NCBI GenBank assembly: GCA_028534125.1
Contig: CM052817.1
Span: 37,822,001 to 37,886,000, forward strand
Source: Lama glama
Taxonomy: Eukaryota
Direction: 5' to 3'
Length of the DNA: 64,000 nucleotides
In this document: piece by piece, positions 27,261 through 36,680 of the stretch
Position numbering within the stretch: the first letter of the stretch is position 1
Layout: each line of letters begins with the position of its first letter
Program-made: the position numbers and the translations under genes
Notes under the pieces: model-generated
Databases searched by the model: none
Told to the model about the DNA's origin: nothing
Seen by the model: only the letters and a program-made list of their open reading frames with translations

Positions 27261-28127
27261 TGTCATATACATTATTTAATTGCATTCTCACAAAAATTCT
27301 GTGAAGGGAATGCTGTTACACCCATGATGTCAATGCCTAAATTAAGAAATGGAGAGGCTGCATGGTCTGGCCAAGTCACAGGCAGGAAACAGGAAGGTTG
27401 TTTGAACCAGAGATTTAAACAAAATCTGTTGGTGAGTCCAGTATTCTTTCCGCTATCCAATACTCCAAATAAGCTTTAAAAGTATTTATAAGTTATTTTT
27501 ATAATTTTAAAAATGTCCTGTACATACACAAGATGTTCATCAAATTTATAATATCATCATTGCTATATCTTCATGAATTTAGACAATTTTCAAAATTGGA
27601 TTCCTATTTCCTTGTCTCCCTCTTGAATATAACATTTCAAAAAAGGTTAAATGGCATGCTTAGGATACTCAGAAATTTTTGTGAATAATTTGAAAATCTA
27701 GCAGGCATAAGCTGTAGATCCAAGTTAATGCTGATGATTATTTGGTTTAAAAATACAAGACCAATTATGTCAAATTCTCTATTATATTATTAACTAATTA
27801 CTGCTCTTTTGATTGTTAGGATACTATCCCCGTACATTACTATTACGTATTCTATTGTTCTGTTGCACAGACCTAAAACTAACTAATTTGGTGATTGGAA
27901 AAATCTTCTCCTATCAATGTTTAAAAATAAGCTCTCTAATAGTAGGAAATCTCATTTCGTGGTGATAGAGGATCTGTATTTATAAAAAGAACACTACTAA
28001 CCTTTTATTTTAAATTTAATTACAAAAGTTTGGGCTCGTATTTTGTCTCTTGGTCTGCCTCCGTGACTGTTTGCCTTTTGAGTGCTATTATGGCAAGTCA
28101 AAGTCAGTGGTGAGAATAGCCTTATTA

Positions 28128-28616
28128 GAAACGCTGCCATTTGTGACAGCATGGATGTACCTTGAGGGCATTATGTTGAGTGAAACAAGCCAGACAGAGA
28201 AAGACAAATACTACTTGATGTCACTTATATGTGGAACCTGAAAAAAAAAAGTGAACTTATAGAAACAGACAGCAGAAAAGTGGTTGTCAGAGGCTAGTGA
28301 GTGGGAGAAATAGGAGGGGTTGGTAAAAGGTACACACTTTCTGTTATAAGATGATTAAGTTCCGAGGATCTCATGTATAACATGCTGACTGTAGTTGATA
28401 ACACTGTATTTGTATACTTGAAATTTGTGAAGAGAGTAGATCTTAAATGTTCTCATGCAAAAAAATAGGTAGATACATGTGAGGTGGTGGGTGTGATAAT
28501 TAACTCAATGGGGAGAATCCTTTTACAGTGTGTGCATCTATCAAATCATCGTGTTGTACACCTTAAATATCTTACAACCTTATTTGTTAATTATACCTCA
28601 ATAAAGCTGAAAAAAG
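28128..28616 (+). mobile_element. L1MA9-like 3' end
   Basis: ORF 28050-28241 ends LPFVTAWMYLEGIMLSETSQTEKDKYYLMSLICGT (L1 ORF2 C-terminus); ends aataaagctgaaaaaa. Confidence 0.85.
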
Positions 28617-29374
28617 ACTAGTCCTTTTCATGAAGATATGAATTGCCGCAGAGTGGTAAGAAGAAGAATTTCTAGGCCAAACTCAAATATAATCCATCGT
28701 ATCTCCATGCTTTTGTCATGCTTCTGGGACACTGCAGTAAAGCAAGGATAAGGAAAATTGAAATTGCTACATATGTGCATCGATTGAAGGGTGGATAAAC
28801 CTGAGGATGTCTGGCAAGAATGACTGTTTCTTTATCTCATACACCAGCTTATGCTGGGATCTAAGAAAAGGCAGTTTTCTATTAGTATCTTTGTTCAAAA
28901 GACAAATATTCTAATTAGATTTTTTTAAGCTGTTGCTGCCTGAGGAAGCTAGAGCTACTTTGATATTATTTTTAAATAGAATTTTCCCTCCATAATTATT
29001 GTAAACTAAATCCTGGATTTCAAAAGTCTACCAGGATACTGAAAAGCTGTGTATAGCTACGATTTTCCAAGCAGCAGATATTCTGCACTTACAATCAAAA
29101 TTTGCTTAGCCACAGAGGGACATAATTTGGCTAGTTATGGGTGTTCCCAGTGGGGAAAAAAATCAATGCTTTTCTAAGCTTAATAAAAGTTAGCTCAAAG
29201 TACATTTTCTACCATTGAATTCTAACAGTAGTGCTCTGTCCACTAGGAAAAACTTTCAGCAGGCCAATTTTATTTACTTTCTTTAGATGTGAATACAATT
29301 GTTTCCTGAATGTACAATTGATTCCTAAGCAAGAAGAAAATTAAAAGTCAGTATAACATGACATTATACAATTG

Positions 29375-30752
29375 TCAAAGAATATACAATGGAGTAAAGA
29401 CAGTCTCTTCTGCAAATGGTGTTGGGAAAACTGGACAGCTGCATGTAAATCAATGAAGCTAGAACACTCTTTCACACCATACACGAAAATTAACTCAAAA
29501 TGGCTTAAAGACTTAAACATAAGACAAGACACTATAAACCTCTTAGAAGAAAACATAGGCAAAACATTATCTGATGTAAATCTTAGCAATGTTCTCCCAG
29601 GGCAGTCTACTTAGGCAATAGAAAAAACAGCAAAAATAAACAAATGGGACCTAATTAAACTTATAAGCTTTTGCAGAGCAAAGGAAACCATAAGCATAGC
29701 AAAACAAAAAGACAACCTGTGGAATGGGAGAAAGGATTTGCAAAAGATGAGACTGACAAGGATTTAATTTTCAGAATATATAAACAGCTCATACAACTTA
29801 ACAACAAAAAAGCAAATAACCCAATTCAAAAATGGGCAGAAGACCTAAACAAGCAGTTCTCCAATAAAGACATGCAAATGGCCAATAGGTGCATGATTAA
29901 AATGCTCAATATTGCTAATTATCAGAGAAATACAAATCAAAACTACAGTGAGGAATCACCTCACGCCAATCAGAACGGCCATCATGAAAAAGTCCACAAA
30001 TGCTGGGGAGGGTGTGGAGAAAAGGGAACCCTCCTATACTGTTGCTGGAAATGTGGTTTGGTGCAGCCATTATGGAAAACAGTATGGAGATTCCTTAAAA
30101 AACTAAAAATAGATCATATGATCCAGCAATCCCACTCCTAGGCATATATCTGGAGGGAACCTTAATTCAAAAAGATACATGCACCCCAATGTTCATAGCA
30201 GCACTATGTACAATAGCCAAGACATGGAAACAACCTAAATGTCCATCAGCAGAGGACTGATAAAGAAGTTGTGGTATATTTATACAGTGAAATACTATTC
30301 AGCCATAAAAAGAATAAAATAATGCCATTTGCAGCAACATGGATGGACCTGGAGATTGTTATTCTAAGTGAAGTAAGTGAAGAAGAGGAAGAAGAGTACC
30401 CTATGTTATCACTTATATGTGGAATTAAAAAAAGAAAAAGGACATAAGTGAATTTATTTACAAAACAGAAACAGACTCACAGACATAAAAAACAAACTTA
30501 TAGTTACTGAGGGGTAAGGAGTGTGGGAAGGGATAAATTGGGAGTTTGAAATTTGCAGATACTAACTACTATATATAAAATAGACAAACAACAAGTTTCT
30601 ACTGTATAGCACAGGGAACTATATTCAATATCTTACAGTAACCTATAATGAAAAAGAATATGAAAATGAATATGTGTATGTATATGTATGATTGAACTAT
30701 TATGCTGTACACCAGAAATTGACACATTGTAAACCTACTATACTTCAATAAA
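29375..30752 (+). mobile_element. Camelid-type L1, 5'-truncated (~1.4 kb; disrupted ORF2 C-terminus and 3' UTR)
   Basis: ORF track gives [19 protein letters not shown]...[14 protein letters not shown] and LIIREIQIKTTVRNHLTPIR; polyA signal near 30748. Confidence 0.95.
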
Positions 30753-31000
30753 AACTCCCATAAAACTGTATAATACAGAGTGAACCCTAATATAAATTAT
30801 GGATTTTAGTTAATGATAATGTATCAATAGTTGTTCATCAATTGTAACTAATTTACCGCACTGATTCAAGATGTTAATAATAGGGGAAACTTTGTGTGGG
30901 TAGGGGAGCTGGGTATATGGGAATTCTCTATACTTTTCTGCTCAGTCTTCTCATAAAGCTAAAATTGCTCTAAAAAATAAAGTCTGTTAATTAAAAAGAA
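30753..31000 (+). mobile_element. L1MC1-like 3' end (host of the younger L1)
   Basis: gagtgaaccctaatataaattatgga...caagatgttaataataggggaaac...aaaaataaagtc. Confidence 0.75.
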
Positions 31001-31094
31001 AAGGGAGTGCAGAGGTAGATCCCTTCTCTTCTATGACATTGAAAGGTCACCAGATTTATTCTTATTAGAAACCACTAGTGGTTTATTTTACTTT

Positions 31095-31790
31095 CTTTTT
31101 TAATTGAGTATAATTTACTTACAATATTACATTAGTTTCAGGTGTACACACAATGATTTGACACCCGTATATATTGTGAAATGATAAATCACAATAAATC
31201 AAGCCAACATCTGTCACCACACATAATTACAGAATTTTTTTTATTGTGATGAGAGCTTTTAAGATAGGTTTCTCAGCAACTCTCAAATATGCAATACAGT
31301 ATTATTAACTATAGTTGCCAGGCAGTACATTACATCCCCCATGACTTATTTACTTTATAACTGGAAGTTTGTGTGTTTTGATCTCTTTCACCCATTTCAC
31401 CCTCCCCCCACCCAACCTTTGGCAACCACTAATCTATTCTCTGTATGAGCTTTTTTTGTTTGTTTGTTTTAGATTCTACATGTAAGTAAGATCATATGCA
31501 TTCATTTTTCTCTAACTTATTTTGCTTAGCATAATGCCCTTAAGGTCCATCCATGTTGTCACAAATGGCAAGATTTCATTCTTTTTATGGCTCAATAATA
31601 TTCTGTTGTGTGCACACACACATACACACACAGACACCATATCTTCTTTATTCATTCACTTACCAGTGAACACTTAGTTTGCTTCCATATCTTGGCTATT
31701 GTAAATAATGCTGCAATGAACTTGGGAGTGCAGATACCTTTTCAAGTTAGTGTTTTTGTTTTCTTCAGATAAATACCCAGAAATGGGATT
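31095..31790 (-). mobile_element. L1MA-like 3' fragment
   Basis: ttagcataatgcccttaaggtccatccatgttgtcacaaatggcaagatttcattctttttatggct. Confidence 0.85.
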
Positions 31791-32468
31791 GTACCATGTG
31801 AGGAACCATTAATATTTTAAGTTTACTCCACTGAAGATTATTATGGCCATAGTAAACTGTTGGTCATGTGTTTCCTATCCAAATAGAATGATGAAACATA
31901 TTGATTAAAATTACATTTGAAAAGTTGAGATAGAAGTTTTGATTTACTTTTAAGAAACTTAAATAGTTCTTTTTACCCTCAAGTTTTCTAATGCTTTTAA
32001 TTTAGTGATATCCAATATGACTTTTCAAAAGAGAGTTATTGTTTGCAACATATCTGAGGATTTTAAATTATGGAATTGTTTGCAACAAGTTTTCCTCAAG
32101 TGGACGTGTCATGAAAGATGCACGACTGACTTTCTGAGAGAAGCATTATTATATATCTTGAAATGAAAGTGAATCCAAGTCAACACTGACTCTCTGAATT
32201 CCCTTCATATCCATTCACTCACCAAATTCATTGATTTATCCTTCATAATCTTGTTTATGTTTATTAAACCATTTGTACCCTCTTACCAACTATGCTAATT
32301 TATAACCCAGTTATCTAACTGTTGAAAGTGTAGCTAGGTGACATTCCTTTCTGACAGCATCACTGTTATAGTGAACTCTTGGACTTCTTCTATAACTCTC
32401 TTTTTTTTTTTTGCATCTGAGACCTTTAATTCTCATCTGAGGGCTGAAGTCCATTCTAGACTCTGGGA

Positions 32469-32569
32469 TAGGGTGTCAGCCTTCCCAATTTGCCTGGGAC
32501 TAAGGGGTTTGCTGGGATGTGGGACTTGCTGGGAAGTCCCTGGTGAATGAAGACTAGTTGGGGACCCTA
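32469..32569. mobile_element. MER94-like hAT-Blackjack MITE
   Basis: TIRs tagggt...acccta; perfect 8-bp TSD ctctggga at 32461-32468 and 32570-32577. Confidence 0.8.
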
Positions 32570-32594
32570 CTCTGGGACCAATATTGATAAGGGA

Positions 32595-33440
32595 CACCAT
32601 AAGTTACCACAAGACATTGAATATATTTCCTTGTGCTATACCGTATGAACTGGTTTATCTATTTTATTTATTTATTTTTTAATTTGGAGTTTCAAAACTT
32701 TATTTTTTTGTATATATGTATTTATTGAAGTATAGTTTACAATGTTTCATCAATTTCTGGTATATAGTATAATACTTCAGTCATACATATACATGCATAT
32801 ATTCATTTTCATATTCTTTTTTGTTACAGGTTACTATAAGATATTACAGTAGAAACTTGTTGTTAATCTATTTTATGTATATTAGTTAGTACCTGCAAAT
32901 CTCAAACTCCCAGTTTATCTCTTCCCACCTCCCTTCCCCACTGGTAACCATAAGTTTGTTTTCTATGTCTGTAAGTCTATTTCTGTTTTGTAAATAAATT
33001 CATTTGTGCCCCCCCCTTTTTTAGATTCTACATATAAGTGATAATATATGGTATTTTTTTCCCTCTTATTGGCTTACTTCACTTAGAATGACAATCTCCA
33101 GGTCCATCCATGTTGCTGCAAATGGCATTATTTTATTCTTTTTATGGCTGAGTAGTATTCCACTGCATAAATATACCACAACTTCTTTATCAGTCCTCTG
33201 CTGATGGACATTTAGGTTGTTTCCATGTCTTGGCTATTGTATATAGTGCTGCTATGAACATTGGGGTGCATGTATCTTTTTGAATTAAGGTTGCCTCCAG
33301 ATATATGCCCAGGAGTGGGACTGCTAGATCATATGGTAAGATTTTAAGGAATCTCCATACTGTTTTCCATAATGGCTGCACCAAACCACATTTCCAGCAA
33401 CAGTATAGGAGGGTTCCCTTTTCTCCACACCCTCTCCAGA
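32595..33440 (-). mobile_element. Camelid-type L1 3' end, inverted relative to 29375-30752
   Basis: ORF 33190-33456 reads [30 protein letters not shown]...DTCTPMFIAALYTIAKTWKQPKCPS. Confidence 0.9.
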
Positions 33441-33596
33441 GTTTGGTTTTATCCAATAAGGAATGTGATCTATTTAGGTGTTGATTTGTTGATTTTTTTA
33501 AAACTAATTTATATTAAGTGATCTAATTTTAGTAAGTTAATTTTTCCATAGTGTATAAAACAAACTTAAAAGACCGTTTGAATCATCTAAATATAA

Positions 33597-33730
33597 TTTT
33601 TTATTTTTTATGTTTTTTATTGAGTTATAGTCATTTTACAATGTTGTGTCAAATTCCAGTGTAGAGCACAATTATTCAGTTATACATGAACATACGTATA
33701 TTCATTGTCACATTTTGTTTTTCGCTGTGA
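33597..33730 (-). mobile_element. Short L1 3' tail
   Basis: ttttattgagttatagtcattttacaatgttgtgtcaaattcc; flanked by repeated atctaaatat. Confidence 0.8.
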
Positions 33731-33869
33731 ATCTAAATATCATTGAAATGAGTAGGTTGAGAATTAAAACCCTAAATTGTAAAATACAGCCCAGTGCAAT
33801 GTTAGCATCTGCCACCCTTTGTGACTTGTGCCATCAAGAGTTAACACCTGATGGAAGAAAATGATTGAC

Positions 33870-34790
33870 TTAAGCCTATTCATAGTTGTCATTCTATTTT
33901 TATTGCTAACTAGTATTCTACTATATGAATATTCCATACTTTGCTTATCCATTCTTCTGTTAATATACTTTGAGTTCTTTCTGATTTTTACCAATTATTA
34001 ATAAAGCTGTCATAAACATTTATATATAACTTTTTTTTGTGGACATATGTTTCTATTCTCTTAGCTGACTATCTGTGAACAGAATTGTTAAGTCATACTG
34101 TAGGTATATGTTTATCATTAAAAAAACCTGCCAAATCATTTCCCAAAGTAGTTTTACCATTTTATACTCCCACCAGCAATGTAGGAGAGTTTTGGTTTCT
34201 CCATATCCTATTCAATATTTAGTGTTGTTAGTCTTTCCAATTTTAGCCATTTTGGTGGAGGTGGCATTCACTGCAGTTTTAATTTGTCTTTCCCTGATGA
34301 CCAGTGATGTTGAATACTTTTTTATGTACTTATCAACCATTTGTATATCTTCCTTTGTCAAGTGCCTGCTCAAGACTTTTGCTCACTAAACAAAATTGTT
34401 TGTTTTTATTATTGGGTTGTAGAATATTTTTGTGTAACCTAGAATTTGTGTATATCAAGAAGATTTTCAGGTATATGTATCAAGAGCATTTTCTTCTAGT
34501 CTGTGGCTGTCTATTTTCTTTGATGTTGACTTTGGGTAAGTGGAAGCTTTTAATTTTCATCAAGTCTATTTTTCTTTTTCTATTATGGTGAGTGCTTTCT
34601 GTGTCCAAAGAAATCTTTGCCTATTCCAGGAACAGAAAGCTATGTTTTTCTTCTAAAAGGTACATTTTATTCTAACAGCTTTATAGATTTTAGCTTGTGT
34701 ATTTCAGTGTATAATTTATCTTGAATTAATTTTTGTGTTTCTAATGTGAGGTAAGAGTTAAAATTCTTTTTTCCTCATTGATATCCAGTT
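33870..34790 (-). mobile_element. Old L1M ORF2 remnant
   Basis: ttttatactcccaccagcaatgtaggagagtt; ttaatttgtctttccctgatgac. Confidence 0.8.
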
Positions 34791-35048
34791 ATTGGGAATT
34801 GACTTTTGATATCAAAACTTAAAGTAACTTAAAATCTTGAACACCAGTTGTTTGGCTAATCTATACGTATTTTTGCTTGAGACACAGTTGTCTTATAGAT
34901 AACGCCCATTGCCAAGACTAAAAGTTAATAATCAACTGTTTCTTATTGAACTCGAAATTAAAGCAAAATCCAAAAACTTGCCCAATGGATGAAAATGACA
35001 GAAAACTCATGCAGGACTTTCCCCCCTAGATTCCCTCCTGAAAAAAAT

Positions 35049-35068
35049 AGCAGCAGCAGCAGCAGCAA
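35049..35068 (+). repeat. Short (CAG)n
   Basis: agcagcagcagcagcagcaa. Confidence 0.9.
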
Positions 35069-36197
35069 CAAGAACACAAAACCTGATGTGGTCCTGTACA
35101 GTTTTGTGATGTGTTTCAGTGTCTGTCATCACTGCTTGGTTTATAGTGGTATATCTTGTATATCTGTTGCATGTTGTATGCTTCCTGTTAACATATGGAG
35201 GAAGCTCCTCATTCATTAGGCATGCTAGATCTAAAACATAACGTAGAATGATATAAAACTCAGTCCTATTTGGCTGCAATAGACAGAAACCCACCTTAAA
35301 GTTGTTAAAGCAAAAAAGGAATTTGGTTCGATTATGTAACTTGAGAATCCCAAGGGCTGAAGCTGGTTAGGCCAAATATATATTGAAATTTTTCCTTGTG
35401 TAAAGAATATTTTTTAAAGGTTGAAAAAATTTAATAATTAAAAAAATTGTGGACACAGTTAACTGCTCTCATTCTAGAAAATAGGTGTTAAAATTGTTTG
35501 GAAACTTAAAAATATACTCTAACAGTCAAAAGCAGGGCAAATTACTTAAGTAAAATTGAGATATCTTCCCCAAATAGTAATAATGCAATTTGTATCTGTT
35601 TTCTAAAGAGTTATCCCAATTAAAAAAAAAAGAGTTCTGATTTGTGAACTCAGATTATCATTATTTTCTTTCCACATTCAAACTGCAATCTAAGAGTCTT
35701 TGTTGAGTTTTTTTTAGTGGGTATTTATTTAGGATTTTTATGAAAGACAAGGAGCCAGAGAAGAGAAATTGTGCTATTCAATAATCTCTGGGGTCCAGGC
35801 AGGACCCAAATGCTTACTTCGCCTCTGAGGTTATTACCATCCTTGTTTGCTTTGACAGTTTGAGATGCTACATGTCTCTTGTTGTGCCGTTTGCAAAAAG
35901 CTGAGCTAGCTGAAAGGCAAGGATTGACTGTATTTCCAACGGTGTTTTGGTCTGTGAGCATTTGCTCCTCAGTGCTGCTGTGTGCCTGCCAGGGCTGCAT
36001 AGAGTGGGTTGTTTCTCCGGGTTGTGCAGACTGGCTGCCTGATGTCCTGGCTGCTGATAGTGGTTGCCAGCGAACCCTGTTCCTTTCCATTTTGCCTGGT
36101 CCTCATTTCATCGGAAAACACAGTAGCTATAGCTGCACATAGACTTTTTCCTCTTTTCTTTTCCCCCTCGTACCCCTCCCTAGACCTCTCTGGGCTT

Positions 36198-36234
36198 TGA
36201 CGTCACGTGTGCTCCTTTCGGTTGCCATAGCAAC
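36198..36234. promoter_or_regulatory. MAPK10: MAPK10 proximal promoter: full CRE overlapping an E-box, plus RFX X-box
   Basis: TGACGTCA 36198-36205, CACGTG 36204-36209, GTTGCCATAGCAAC 36221-36234, immediately upstream of the leader exon. Confidence 0.8.
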
Positions 36235-36281
36235 CCCATTTTCCCCAAGCCCTCTGTCCGTCTCCTCTGGTAGGTTCCACA

Positions 36282-36326
36282 ATGGTACAGGCAGCATCAC
36301 GCTGCACAATGGTTTCCAGGCAGTGA
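36282..36326 (+). CDS. Candidate uORF1, 14 aa MVQAASRCTMVSRQ
   Basis: Two in-frame ACAATGG strong-context starts (36282, 36309), TGA at 36324; translation not shown. Confidence 0.35.
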   Translation: MVQAASRCTMVSRQ

Positions 36327-36400
36327 AAGAGGGTGATTCAGCAAGCCACTTTTTTTCTTCTTCTTCTTTTTTTTAAGCCTTCCCTTCTCTTTTTATTTTT

Positions 36401-36550
36401 ATGGGGGTGGCTGGTGCTTGTTATATGCTTACCTTTTCCCTTTCCTTTTTCATTTTTACAATTTTCCTTTTTTCTTCTCACCCCTCACTTCCTAGGGGCT
36501 TGAGTGACTTTAAGATTGGGTTTTCTTGGAAATCATCTGTCCATCATTAA
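36401..36550 (+). CDS. Candidate uORF2, 49 aa with hydrophobic N-terminal half
   Basis: MGVAGACYMLTFSLSFFIFTIFLFSSHPSLPRGLSDFKIGFSWKSSVHH*; translation not shown. Confidence 0.3.
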   Translation: MGVAGACYMLTFSLSFFIFTIFLFSSHPSLPRGLSDFKIGFSWKSSVHH

Positions 36551-36680
36551 TTTTAAACAATTTCCCCACCTCCAAAGAATCTATTCCTTATTACAGTTCG
36601 GAATGTGGTTATGAAAAACAAGTAGGGAGGATTTCTGGGGCAAACACTGCTGGATCAGGATCCTAGTTCTCAAGCACGGA

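Noticed and set aside
35049..35068. Coding poly-Q/S/A repeat
   Set aside because: Only ~6 CAG units in non-exonic sequence.
35725..36142. Overlapping ORFs upstream of the promoter (121 aa minus, 87 aa plus)
   Set aside because: No recognisable homology; better explained by GC-richer promoter composition.
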